DNA of 64,000 nucleotides, taken from the NCBI RefSeq assembly GCF_001194135.2, contig NC_069002.1:34309974-34373973 (forward strand). Reading direction: 5' to 3'. Under the pieces are notes generated by a model. That model saw only the letters and a program-made list of their open reading frames with translations, did not search any database and had not been told where the DNA came from. This document shows positions 1-13,299 of the stretch, piece after piece. Source of the DNA: Octopus bimaculoides. Its lineage: Eukaryota. The translations under genes were made by a program, and so were the position numbers. Positions within the stretch are counted from its first letter, which is position 1, and each line of letters begins with the position of its first letter.

Positions 1-32
1 ATACACACACATGCACACTTTTATATAAATAT

Positions 33-72
<40 letters not shown>

Positions 73-229
73 GTGTGTGTCTGGATATAGGTAGATAGAT
101 AGATATTTTCAGTCGGTAGGAGTTAGAATGTGACTGAATAATTCAAAAATATACATTCACATGTATATGTGTGTATATTTATGTATAAATGTAAAGAAAA
201 GTGTGCATGTGATGAAGAATTTTATGTAA

Positions 230-431
230 ATATATTGGCAAGAACGTACCATTTTCGGGGAGTGGTAAGTCGATTACTCCGATCCAATCCTAAGCTCGTG
301 AATATTTTATCAACTCCGAAAATATTAAAGGTAAAGTCGACCTCTAAGGAAATTGTACTGAGAATATAAAGACGGACGAAATGTCGCTAACAATTTAACC
401 TGTGCGATTAGGATTCTGCCAGTTCGACGCC
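230..431 (-). mobile_element. tRNA-derived SINE, local family A (diverged copy)
   Basis: Reverse complement reads GGCGTCGAACTGGCAGAATC...ATTTCGTCCGTCTT...GAGGTCGACTTTACCTTT...GTAATCGACTTACCACTCCCC, colinear with the other family A copies in the window. Confidence 0.8.
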
Positions 432-1114
432 ACTTTATGTAAATATATTGAAATCCATTTTTAAAATGTGTTTTCCAAAATACTCTGTACTATTTTGAAA
501 GCGTGGTAAACGATTAATATGAATTTTTAAAAATATATTTCTGCATGAATTCACAATGATGTAGAAGTTTCTCACATTAAACCTCTCGGCTTCGGGCGAG
601 CATTAGTTGTAAGAAGAAATCCTTTTGGATTATATGATTAGACTGTGACTTATATTGCATAATTCTTCTTCTATGACGGATTTCTTCCCTTCTCATCTCT
701 AAAATGCGTATTCTGTTCCTCGTTTTTTCTTCTCTTTCTCCTTTCTCCAACTCTCCTCCGTCTTTTACTTCATATCTTCTTTGCATAAGTTTTGTTTTCT
801 TCATGTATACTCTTATTTTACTTCACCGTCCTCGTTGTTCATTCTTCCTTCTTTTTTCTGATATCTGCATATGTATATCATGTATCGTCATTTAAGCAGC
901 ACAGCAATAGTTATATTGAAGTGAATATTCGCTGAATTCTATCGATACCAGTGCTCAGCTTGTAATAAACTTCTAGACACTGGAGAAATGAAAGATAATG
1001 ATTACTTAAGTTGCTTTCGAAATCACATCGTAAAAATCCGGAACAAACAGAACAAATAGTTCCCCCGATGCGGTAATGATCCTACGTGTGCACTGTCTTT
1101 CTATATACATGTAC

Positions 1115-1375
1115 GGCAGCGAGCTGGCATAATCGTTAGTACGCCGGGCGAAAAGCCTAGCGAAATTTCATCTGCCCTTACGTGCCGAGTTGAAATTCCC
1201 CCGAAATCGACTTTGCCTTTCATACTTTGGGGGTCGATTAAATAAGTACTAGTTACACACTGGGGTCAAATAAATAAGTACCAGTTACGCACTGGGGTCG
1301 ATGTAATCGACTCAATCACTTTGTCTGTCCTTGTTTGTCCCCTCTATGTTTATCCCCCTGTGGGTAATAAACAAA
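1115..1375 (+). mobile_element. tRNA-derived SINE, local family A, with internal 32-bp tandem duplication
   Basis: GGCAGCGAGCTGGCATAATCGTTAG head with A-box-like TGGCATAATCG and B-box-like GAGTTGAAATTCC; body GACTTTGCCTTTCAT...GGGGTCGAT; tail TTGTCTGTCCTTGTTTGTCCCCTCTATG shared with the 10372-10598 copy. Confidence 0.88.
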
Positions 1376-1587
1376 CTAAATATATATGTGCTGGCATTGC
1401 CCTTTAGAGACTTTGAGAAGGAACCATTCGTTTCTAACGAAGGTATCATGTGTTATTCTGTTAAACATTTGACACATTTCTATTTGAATTAATATAGCAC
1501 TTGTTGGCGATCACAACTGAAGCCATTGGAAATGTATTGATTGTAGACCAACCGTAAATATCGGTGATAACTATACAACTTTGTTTA

Positions 1588-1806
1588 CGACGGTGGGCCG
1601 GCCGAATCGTTAGCACGCTTGACGAAATCTTAGCAGGATTTCGCTTGTCGCAACGTTGTGAGCTCAAATTCCTCCGAGGTCCACTTTGCCTTTCATCATT
1701 TCGCGGGGTCTATAAATTAAGTACCAGTAAAATACTTAGGTGGATGTAATCGATTATCCCCCTTCCCCAAATTGCAGGCTTTGTGTCTAGAGTAGAAAGC
1801 ATAATC
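1588..1806 (+). mobile_element. tRNA-derived SINE, local family A
   Basis: GAATCGTTAGCACG...GAGCTCAAATTCCTCCGAGGTCCACTTTGCCTTTCATC...GATGTAATCGA...GGCTTTGTGTCTAGAGTAGAAA; aligns by eye with the other copies. Confidence 0.85.
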
Positions 1807-3636
1807 ACTCAACTTTGTGGCACGCTGGTTTAACTGTTTTTGAAATTAATGCGCAAATGGTGGAGCTTTCTACAGATTTGAGTGGCGTTAACGTTATTTT
1901 TAGCTTGTATCAACCTAACACTCAACAAGATAGAGCCTTTGAATTTTATGTATAATCTACACAAAGGGAGCGTATGAGTGAGTGAGAGAGAGAGAGAGAG
2001 AATTTGAAAGAGATAAGACTGAGAAGAAGACAAGGGGAGAGACATGAAAGCCAGAGCGAGAATAAAAAAAAACGTAAAATTAACACACACGTGACCAAAT
2101 TTGTACTTGTTTATTACCAAATCCGAAATTTTGCATGTATGTGCACAGTATCTTTGTAATCGCAGAGGCTGTTAGGAAATGCGTGGATGAAAGACTTACA
2201 GAGACATTTGTTTCTTTTTAAAGTAAACTGTGCAGAAGCACAACGAAATGATTGATGAAGCTGTTATTGCGTAGTAGACTTAATATATCAGCTGTTATAA
2301 CAACTTCCGCTGCACACGTGGCATGCCGTTCTTTTTTCCTTTTTTTTTTTTTACAGCATCGTTTGTTTTTTTACGTCGTCAACACTGCTTGGAGCTCTCC
2401 AAGCTATTCGCTGGTCTCTCAATAACTTTTCTTCCTACAATCTCAACCACCATTTCGAGTTACTGAAAATATTCACAGAACTTGTCGCTCCGTCTATGAA
2501 TAGTCTAAAAAGAAAAAAAAAATCAATCTGAAAGATGTATAGAGTTGCGGCAAAATTAAATAATGTCATCTTGTATATAATTACTTGATTTATTGAGAGG
2601 TTTATCACATGATTTATTTATTGACCGAAATATCAACATTTCAGCAGAGCAAAAAGAAAAAAAGAAATCTTGTTACAAGAGACTTATTTCTGTCTGTTAC
2701 TTGCCTTTATCATCCGTATGTCTCTTCTACGCAGTGTCGCAGCAGTGAATGTCAATAAAACACACAAACACACATGCTTGTATGTGTTTACAGAGAGAGA
2801 AAGAGAGAGGGACAGAGAGACAGACAAATAGAGAGAGAGAGAGAGAAAAAGAGGGCCAGAGACTAGAGCAGAGAGCACCAAAGAATATAGAGAATAATAA
2901 ATTATTTCTTAGAACTTAGTGTTTTGTAATTAATTAAGAATAGAAAAGAATATATTCTTGCCAGGAAAACTGTTTGATTTTCCGTTGAATTCCACAGGGA
3001 GTGATTTATCTTAGCGCAAACCCACTGTAGTGTCTTAGATCTTCACAACAAAAGCTGTGATTAGTATTTTTAATAAAATACTTTAAGATGGACCGCTGCA
3101 TTTCATAGCATCCCTAAGAAGTAGGAAGTTTATTTTTATCTTTATCCATTAAGATAGCGACCTAATCAACAACAACAACAACAACAACAATATAAGATTA
3201 TATTCACTCCCAGAAGGTAGGTTGTAGATAGTTTCAAATGAAATATACTTATCTCTTCCGCATATGAACACATGCAAACCAGACATACAAGACATACACA
3301 CTCACACATACACACGCGCACACACACATACACACTCATACGTGATATGTCCAATAGCGTTACACCGCAATATTTAGTGGCTATTTCAGCAATGAGCTCG
3401 TGGTTGCTTAATGGGTTTCTAGGCGCTGATGAAGGATCAAAAACTCCGGAAATATGTATATACATCAATTACTTATCTTTCCCTCTTCGATTACATTGTC
3501 TGCATTACGCATTTTCAGATCTAAAACGTCATAGATTAGTGCTGGCTATAATCTCTATATAAAATCTGCTGAGATATCTCTAAGAAAGAAGTTATATGTA
3601 TATATGCATATATACATAAAATATTTTTTTTCCAGA

Positions 3637-3853
3637 ATGAGATAAAAACCCCAAGGCTGTGAACATTTTAGAACATTTATAGATAGGTCTTACAGCTGTT
3701 TCCAGGATATTTATTATATCCCTTCATCGGAGACGGTGTGAGAGAATGGTTAAGCAAAAGATAATTTAGATAAGATACAAAATAGAGAGTGAAGTGGAGG
3801 AATGAAAATAGATGTGAGATATGCAGGGATATTGCATTTGTAGATCCATTATT

Positions 3854-3855
<2 letters not shown>
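3637..3855 (-). mobile_element. ~220-bp dispersed repeat carrying a hammerhead motif (possible Penelope pseudo-LTR or retrozyme-like fragment), copy 1
   Basis: Reverse complement is colinear and highly similar to 15364-15583 (AATAATGGATCTACAAA...ATATCCCTGCATATCTCACATCTATTTTCATTCCTCCACTTCACTCTCTA...CACACCGTCTCCGATGAAGGGATAT...CAGCCTTGG). Confidence 0.75.
3687..3734 (-). ncRNA. Minimal type I hammerhead ribozyme motif
   Basis: Minus strand GUCU-CCGAUGA-AGGGAUAU-AAUAA-AUAUCCUG-GAAAC-AGCU-GUA/AGAC. Helix I GUCU/AGAC; helix II GGGAUAU/AUAUCCU; GAAA core; palindromic helix III ACAGCUGU; GUA cleavage triplet. The core has C at position 4 instead of canonical U. Confidence 0.7.
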
Positions 3856-3903
<48 letters not shown>

Positions 3904-4700
3904 TGTAAACTACACTGCCCAAGTGCAATTGTAAGAAAAATTAGAGAAAAGAGCTATATAAATAATTCCAACCCAGGCTAAATAAACAATAATACTAAAA
4001 CTTAGAGGTACTATTTCTACTGCCACGACCACCAACAACAACAATACTAAAGGTGCTCATTATGATGATAGTAGGAAAATACTAGTGAAGTCTAGAGAAA
4101 AGTCACTAAAAATAATATATTTTGGGGTTTAAAGTTCCATTACCACAGCTGCTCCTACCACCACCACCACCACCACCAAAAACAACAACAGTAAAGGAGA
4201 TAATAATGATGATGATGATAATTGAAATGTAAAAATCCTTGGGAAATGTTGTTTACGACATTTCTAAATATAGCCCAACAATTTCTGCTTTGGCCAGGGT
4301 CAAAATACAAGTCTCTTGACATGTTCAACAAACCGTGACGCCTAAACCAAACACCAATCAACTTAAGTAATTTAATAAAATCACACACTGGTTGGTTTGA
4401 ATATAGTTTGAAAAAATTAACATTCTGGAGTCTATATACCAATGTATTTCAGGCACACAGTTTAGCCATCTCACTACAGTTGTAAATTGCAAAACATAAC
4501 TGTCACCACAACTATATAAACCGGAAGATTGCGTAGTTTAATGCATGAAAGTACTACTTCAGTCCGAATGGACATTTAATATTCTGTCATTTCGTTATAT
4601 TATACCATATTATGTTATATTTATAAGATTGTAAATAAAACGTGAAATATTTGGAATTTCTTTGAGTAATAGAATCTTGTATACACAATCATACACACCC

Positions 4701-4797
<97 letters not shown>

Positions 4798-5058
4798 CAT
4801 ACATACATACATACAATATCTGATACATAAATAAAATATTCGTTCTCCAGCTTCCTGTAGGAATTAAGCTCACTATATCTTTCCAGTTTCAATTGCACAC
4901 ACCTGTCAACAATCTGTTATGTCCAATGTCGGTTAAAAGGACACACATACACACGCACAGACAAATACACACACACACAACTCTCACACCCATATTTTTA
5001 TCTATCTTTGTATCAGTCTGTCTGTTTCTGTTTATCAATCAATCAATTTATCTATTTA

Positions 5059-5103
<45 letters not shown>

Positions 5104-5546
5104 GCCTGCCTATCGCATACATTTTGTAATTCTATCTAACTTTATATATACATGTCTATATTATTCAGTTCCTTTGTTTCAGGTGGATATATCTCTAGTT
5201 AATGACACCACATACTGGGAAAATTCATTCAAATATTTTGTTTTCAAATAAGCTCTACAATGCTTAGATAATACGTTTATGAAAATAATTTTAATTTACG
5301 AAGAAATATTTCTTTTGTTTGCATTTTTGCGGAGGATCACCGTAATGTAACTTTACATAGCTGTCAGGTTATCATTTCGCGAATCTTCTCTGCGTGTTGC
5401 CTATCACAATTAAGCATTCTTGGAAAACGGGGTGGGGTGATGATGAATTCAAAGTTTTAAAATATGAACGTTTACGACATAATATTCCTCGTCACATCGA
5501 CATCATATTGCTTGTCACCACGACATAATATATTGATAATAAGGAA

Positions 5547-5636
5547 GATAGACAAACAGACAGACAGATAGACAGACAGACAGATAGACAGACAGACAAA
5601 CAGATAAGTAGATAAATTGATAGATAGACAGAGAGA
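5547..5636 (+). repeat. Compound (GACA/GATA)n microsatellite
   Basis: Run of GATA, GACA and GACAAACA units read directly. Confidence 0.9.
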
Positions 5637-7836
5637 CAACTGATACAAAGCTATGTAGCAATATGGGCGTGAGAGTTGTGTGTGTATCCTGCGTGCCTGT
5701 ACGTTTTTATAATAGTTTGATAGGTGTATAATTGAAACTGAAAACAATAAATTACACGATTAGGACAGGAATCACCAGGTAATAAAGGAATAGTACAGAT
5801 ATTGTTGCATAAAACTGCGAATAGCATTACTGCTTTGATTAAAAGACTGACAAATACAAACTCGCTCGACCTTCTTTAAATGCCTGTCGTACTTCTGCAG
5901 ATCAACATTGCAGAATTAAGAAAATATATGTCTAATGTTCCTCAGTTACTCATTGATCAGCGCTGGCCGGTGGCTAAACATCTTGCTAGAAAAAGGAGTT
6001 AAATTCTGTCAAGTCATCTTTTGTTTCAAAAGCTGAGATTTCAATACTGTTTCTGCATTCCCTGCCCTACGGGGCAGAGTGGAATAGTTACGGCTGTGAT
6101 AACTTTGGTAATTCGCCCTCGGGATCAGAGATTTATGTGAGCTTCACATCAAAAGTTTCAATGTGTGATCTACTCAGACGATGGGATTTCAAGTGGATGC
6201 AATTCAGGGGATATAACTTGAAGATATGTCAACCACATGATATCTCGTTTGAAATATCGAGTGTCCACTAGGTACCTTTGATGTAAGATCATTTTCTATT
6301 CAAAAGAAGAGCTTTTAATCAACAAATTAAACATCTTAAAATAGCAAAATATCTGCCTCAATTCACACCTTGCCATATCACACGAATAAAATTTCCAAAG
6401 GTATATTTCTTCTACAAAAATATCAAACAAAAACAAAATGGGTGGATTTATGAACAGTGTTTGTAGTTTCGATCCAACTGGCAATATATCTTTCACCAAG
6501 GCATCAGCTAAGAAAACATGCGACTGAAGAAGTGACGCAAATGTGTGCATGTATATTATTGGGAGGGAAGGCTCAGCTGAAGTCTGGTCTAATACCAACT
6601 GTCGATCCCTGACGGTTTTGACAGAGTCTAGGCAGTCAACTATAATTCAAGCCCTCCTCCGCTTGGAGAATACATACATTCAAGGATTACATTTCCTCAT
6701 GCATTTTGTAAGACATTAAAACGTACACACGCACACACGCAGGATACATACAAACACATACAGAAAATCAGAGAAACATACTCAGCCACACTAAAGCAAA
6801 AAAAGGAAACCTTGCCGATGTCTACTGTTAGAAATCACGCACACTTTGAACATACAGACGGAAATGACACATAAGTTGAGGTTAAATGCATTAAAACAAC
6901 CGTTTTCGAACGCTACATACGCATAAACCGACACACACACAAACTGACACACATACACATACACTCACTCACTCACTCTCTCTCTTTCTCTCTCTCAAAA
7001 ACACAAACACAGTCACACAAACACATTCACACATACAGACATATTCAGTCGTTTACACTGAAACATTTCGACATTGGTATACTTCCATCTCAGCCAAATA
7101 CATTTCATTATTCAATTGAAGCATTCATCCCATTGTAATTCTGTAGAAATGGTACTTAAATCTCTTTTGTAGTTCGTTTTGTTGGCCACACAGTTATCCT
7201 ATCATGCTACTAAACCCATCACCTCCGAATCCTCATCAAAAAGAAATGCCGCTTCGCTTTTTCTCTTGCTGCTGGCCAACATAGCTTCAAAACCATTGAA
7301 GCGTTCTTAACATGTATGTCTCTATACATATTTCAGATCGTATATTTTCTGTGTGTATTTGTAAATGTAAATGCCTATATGCAACTACGTATGTTCTGTG
7401 TGTGTGTGACCGGGGTATTCATTGCACAAAAGAAACACATTTATTCCAACCAAGACAAATGTAATAAGAGATCGGCAACAAATATGTATATATTGATAAT
7501 CTTTTATTAATCTGGTTTACACTTAGCACTTCCATCTATAATACTGAAATCTATAAACTTACTTCTGAAACACATTTTGTTAAATGTTTTCAAATCAATA
7601 AAAAAGACCCACCACAAGTAAACCAATCTGTAAGGATTATATATATATATATANNNNNNNNNNNNNNNNNNNNNNNNNNNNNNNNNNNNNNNNNNNNNNN
7701 NNNNNNNNNNNNNNNNNNNNNNNNNNNNNNNNNNNNNNNNNNNNNNNNNNNNNNNNNNNNNNNNNNNNNNNNNNNNNNNNNNNNNNNNNNNNNNNNNNNN
7801 NNNNNNNNNNNNNNNNNNNNNNNNNNNNNTATATAT

Positions 7837-7883
7837 ATGCAACTATCAATATATACACACATTGTTTGAAGTGTACAGATTCC

Positions 7884-7915
<32 letters not shown>

Positions 7916-7960
7916 GCATCTGTCAATATATGCATACATTGTTCGAAGTGTACAGATTTC

Positions 7961-7965
<5 letters not shown>
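7837..7965 (+). repeat. Two ~76-bp tandem units separated by (TG)n(TA)n
   Basis: TATGCAACTATCAATATATACACACATTGTTTGAAGTGTACAGATTCCGTG versus TATGCATCTGTCAATATATGCATACATTGTTCGAAGTGTACAGATTTCGTG. Confidence 0.8.
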
Positions 7966-7996
<31 letters not shown>

Positions 7997-10371
7997 GCAC
8001 ACACACACGCGTATGTGTACATATAGATATGAATGTATATCTTTATGTGAGTACGTGCGTGTGTAGGGTGTGTGTGTGTGATTGTGTGTATGAACGTCTG
8101 TATGTATAACAGAATCGACGTAAAGATACTGGAAACACGACTAAAATGGAACCATCTACCATTCCGTCATACAAACCTTACCATTATAAAGACGAGTATC
8201 GAAACTATAAGCAGTACAAGCATTGTTATAACGTTCAATAACCAGAACTATCAGTACCATTATTACCATCATCAACAGCAGCAATATGAGTGTAAATTCC
8301 TGTAGCAACCCCCACCTCCTCCTCATCATCATCATCGTCGTCGTCGTCATCATCATCATCGTCATCAATTGACGCACACAATCTCGGACACATCCTTCTT
8401 GTTGAGGCAAAGGTTGTCAAAAAATATCTTTCCCTCTCTCGTTTTCGGTCTGTTATTAACAATTTATTGTCAAATAAACGAAAAGCGAACAGTAAATTGC
8501 TGATAGTTTAATCTTCCTAAGTTTGAAATCTAACGGGAAGTTCTTTTACCATTTTTTCCCTTTGGCCAGCATATATATATATGGAGAGAAAAAAATGCTA
8601 TCGTTGTTTAGTCTATTTCCTCTTATTTACCGACTTTACCGAGCTGAAAGAATAAAAGGATTACAATAAATAAAAAGTATCATGTATACCGATATGTGTG
8701 TGTGTGTGTATTTATGCATATTTATGTATAAAAATATATGCATATATGTATATGTGATAGCATAAATGTATGCATGTATCTATATATATATATATATATA
8801 TNNNNNNNNNNNNNNNNNNNNNNNNNNNNNNNNNNNNNNNNNNNNNNNNNNNNNNNNNNNNNNNNNNNNNNNNNNNNNTATATATATATATATATATATA
8901 TATATGAATGTAGTGTGTGAACAAAGTGGAAACAATAACAGTCGATTGTGAAACTAATGTTATAAGTTAAATACCTTTTCGGTACGGAACACATAAACAC
9001 TGGCGCATGTGTGCACGCACTCACATACCTACATATACACACACAGATACATGTAGATACATATAAAGATACAAATATATCCGTTAGGCAAAATCTCTTA
9101 AAAAGTCGACTACACACAGAAACATGCGTACAAACACAAAATATCAGACGTTCTCCCACAACCCCCCTCCCCCACACAGACACGTGCTTTTGATGTGTTT
9201 ATTTATCTGTATATTTGCGTACGTGTATATTTGTGTGTTCGCGTATATGTATGTATGTGCTTTATGGAATGTCTTGTGGGTCTATTCTTCACTATAAAAT
9301 GAAATGAAAAGTTTTCCCGTTTCACTGCTTTATGACCCCTCTTTGTATCGCTTTCTTCTTCTCGGTTCTGAAAGTCCTCATTGGGTATTGCGAGGGCAGG
9401 TCTTTCACAATGACTATTGTACTAAAGGTGATGTATGAAATCAGATACAATTGTATCATTCGTATTTCATCATAATAAATATTGTGTTGCTATGTGTGTT
9501 TACTTAATTGTGTTTGTTGCATGGGTCAGTTTATAACTTTGTACTGGATATTAGGAAATTCTATAATATGAAGCTTTATAGTAACTCATATATATATATA
9601 TATACATATATAGCGGCAGGTGGCACGCAACCTGTGTACGCTCACCAACAGAACCGATGCGAAACTCCAATACTAACTGTTACATCAAAGAACGGCACTC
9701 AACGAAAGCAACAACAATAGTCACAGCACCAGCAACGATAACAACGCAAGTAGCTACGGAACTAACACCAAGACAAGTAACTCTAACACCAAAACAACTA
9801 TTTGTAAACTTCTTTTGTATTAACAATGACATAAAGCAATATAGGTGACATGAAAGACTGTATCACTAATGTAGGGTATAATACAATAGTAACATTAATA
9901 CGAATGATTATACTCTTTATACTGTAGCCCATACTACTGGCAACAGCAGGAATATCTTCCGTAATAATTCTTTCTATTATAGGCAGAAGGCTTGAAAATT
10001 TGTGAAGGGTGTAATTCCATTACGTGGAACCCATTGGATAATATTTTATTGATTTCGAAGCGATGAAAGGTAGAGTCGTCCACGGTGTCATTAGAACTGT
10101 TTCTCAGGAGAAAAGAAAGTATTTACACGATGCACTACTATTACTATTACACGAGACTCAGCGCTCTGTATCAACGGCTCACAGCGAACTGCTTACCAAA
10201 CCGAACTGCCAATCGGTCACATTTCTTTACTTTATAATAATGAGTCTGTTCACGTTTGGTCACTTGGTGGGGGAAGCGAAATCCTTCCACAACAATATTC
10301 CATAAATATTGTAAACAAACATTATGATCAGGATCAGGATGTTCTTAATAGTGATCTATTTTTAAAAAAAA

Positions 10372-10598
10372 TCTTTATTAGCTCAGAAGGGGCTAAACAT
10401 AGAAGAGACAAACAAGGACAGACTAAGGGATTAAGTCGATTACATCGACCCCAGTGTGTAACGGGTACATATTTAATCGACGCCGAAAGAATGAAAGGCA
10501 AAGTCGATTTGGCGGAATTTAAACTCAGAACGTATCGGCAGACGAAATGCCGCTAAGCATTGTGCCCGGTGTGCTAACGATTCGGCAAGCTCGCTGCC
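10372..10598 (-). mobile_element. tRNA-derived SINE, local family A
   Basis: Reverse complement GGCAGCGAGCTTGCCGAATCGTTAGCAC...GAGTTTAAATTCCGCC...GACTTTGCCTTTCATTC...GGGGTCGATGTAATCGAC...GTCTGTCCTTGTTTGTCTCTTCTATGTTTAGCCCC. Confidence 0.88.
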
Positions 10599-11273
10599 TT
10601 TTAATAGTTATCTATAACAAATAATTGATAAGGAAAAGGAAACCAAATAGCAGCTCTACGAATGCCTCCAATACGTCCACAACTTGAAACTTAATCCATA
10701 TCATTTCAAATCATTGTCTTTAGCATTAAGAATTGACAACTCTACCAATGGCACGAACAACGACAGTACATATCTCAGTACTGTTAACAACTACTACCAC
10801 AAATATTCTAACCCACAATACAAAAAGCAATTACACAAAGAAACAACAGAATTAAATAGCAAACGAGAAAACAGTAACAACAAGTAAACTGCAAACACGA
10901 CCAAAGTAATTGAACCACGGCAGCAGCAGCTTAGGAGACAAACGATCATACAGACAAGATACTGTGTTTAAAAAAATAGGATACGTTAGAAAATATAACC
11001 CCGGTTTCCAATAAAAGTATAGGAATATAACCGTTGGAGAGACTTAGATCGTAAGCATTCTCAGTCGAGGTTATCCTGAGTTAATGTAACGCTACAGACA
11101 ATCATCCACCTGGGATGACCTGCGGCTACAATACATCAACACGATTTGTACAAACCTGCAACATTACATCCATTTTAAATATAATTTCTTGACATCATAA
11201 CAGAATGAATAAAATAGACCGAATATTATCGCAAACTTGTCGCAAATTCAGTACTTTTTGTGAGCATCGTTTA

Positions 11274-11274
<1 letters not shown>

Positions 11275-11342
<68 letters not shown>

Positions 11343-11343
11343 C
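11275..11343 (+). repeat. (ACT)n(ACC)n trinucleotide microsatellite
   Basis: Read directly; source of the poly-Thr ORF. Confidence 0.95.
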
Positions 11344-13299
11344 ATCGTTATTATTACGAAGTTTTATTATATTGATTTTCTGTGTATTTATTTCATTTCC
11401 ACTCACAATAAGCTACGAATTGTAATACTAGTGTTTACACTACATTCAATTCCAAACAATAGAACTAAAGTTTGTGTGTGAGTTCAAATAACTGGAGAAA
11501 AATACTTCAGTAAAGTTCTATACAGTTTTTCTATCGATCAATAATTATATCAAAAAACACTTAGAAGAGATGGTCCCTATATAAATAAATAGAAAAAAAA
11601 TAGACACATTAATAAATAACTAGATAATGAATGCTACTGGTTAAAGTTTTGACCCTTGATATTATAAACGTTCAACCCATGTCTAAAGTCACATCAGCAA
11701 ACTCCTAATATGAAATATAATATGACCTCCAGCTATGTTATGCGATGAAAATTTATACACACAAGCATATACATATATACATACATTCATGTGTGCGTGT
11801 GCATGTGTGTGACTCTCTGTCGCCATATATATATATATATATATATANNNNNNNNNNNNNNNNNNNNNNNNNNNNNNNNNNNNNNNNNNNNNNNNNNNNN
11901 NNNNNNNNNNNNNNNNNNNNNNNNNNNNNNNNNNNNNNNNNNNNNNNNNNNNNNNNNNNNNNNNNNNNNNNNNNNNNNNNNNNNNNNNNNNNNNNNNNNN
12001 NNNNNNNNNNNNNNNNNNNNNNNNNNNNNNNNNNNNNNNNNNNNNNNNNNNNNNNNNNNNNNNNNNNNNNNNNNNNNNNNNNNNNNNNNNNNNNNNNNNN
12101 NNNNNNNNNNNNNNNNNNNNNNNNNNNNNNNNNNNNNNNNNNNNNNNNNNNNNNNNNNNNNNNNNNNNNNNNNNNNNNNNNNNNNNNNNNNNNNNNNNNN
12201 NNNNNNNNNNNNNNNNNNNNNNNNNNNNNNNNNNNNNNNNNNNNNNNNNNNNNNNNNNNNNNNNNNNNNNNNNNNNNNNNNNNNNNNNNNNNNNNNNNNN
12301 NNNNNNNNNNNNNNNNNNNNNNNNNNNNNNNNNNNNNNNNNNNNNNNNNNNNNNNNNNNNNNNNNNNNNNNNNNNNNNNNNNNNNNNNNNNNNNNNNNNN
12401 NNNNNNNNNNNNNNNNNNNNNNNNNNNNNNNNNNNNNNNNNNNNNNNNNNNNNNNNNNNNNNNNNNNNNNNNNNNNNNNNNNNNNNNNNNNNNNNNNNNN
12501 NNNNNNNNNNNNNNNNNNNNNNNNNNNNNNNNNNNNNNNNNNNNNNNNNNNNNNNNNNNNNNNNNNNNNNNNNNNNNNNNNNNNNNNNNNNNNNNNNNNN
12601 NNNNNNNNNNNNNNNNNNNNNNNNNNNNNNNNNNNNNNNNNNNNNNNNNNNNNNNNNNNNNNNNNNNNNNNNNNNNNNNNNNTATATATATATATATATA
12701 TATATTAAAAAAATCAAAATTGAACAAAGTAATGATTACATCGTTCATTAAATGGAGTTGCATGAAACGATCGTACTGCATTACCTCTGGATATCCTTGT
12801 TGCTTATTTTGATTTTAATCACCTTAATTTGAAATTGTATGGGTAATTCCGTACTAAATTCTGGTGCCTAGACTTAATTCCATATTCACCTGAATCTAAA
12901 TTTTTCTGAACTTATATATATAATCATAGGTAAATGATTCATGTCTCTCCTAGGCAATCAATTTCCAGAGAATCTCATATACAGGAAAATAGTTAATAGG
13001 CGTTTAGTGAAATTATCATAATGCTTCTACCCCAATATGAAGTGTGTCATTCCACGTATTCAATACTAAGAGCCTAAATCCACTTGAAACGGTCGAGAAC
13101 CAGCATTCTGTCCACTTGACCCACGATGTGTGATTAATCCTATCAAATATGATTTAATATGCCAGCCTAAATAATAATACAACAGATAAGAAGGCCTATA
13201 CTGGATTTTATGAAGTAGAAATCCAACGACAAGAGAGAAAGGCTCGACAATACCAACCTCCCCCTCCACCATTACCATACAATCAATGCCTTCGACTCT

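Noticed and set aside
577-895. Overlapping ORFs, one charged and one hydrophobic
   Set aside because: Products of a purine/pyrimidine-skewed low-complexity tract; no recognisable domain or splice signals.
6090-6660. Compositionally balanced, coding-like stretch (ORF 6296-6598 minus)
   Set aside because: Only faint, mutually inconsistent resemblances to transposase motifs on opposite strands; cannot be supported without a search.
9690-10930. Thr/Asn-rich ORFs at 9657-9848 and 10684-10887
   Set aside because: Decayed (ACA/AAC)n trinucleotide repeats.
11689-12812. Long ORFs of 300-480 residues at 11.7-12.8, 25.5-27.0 and 54.5-56.1 kb
   Set aside because: They run through N gaps and (TA)n tracts (X and YI repeats).
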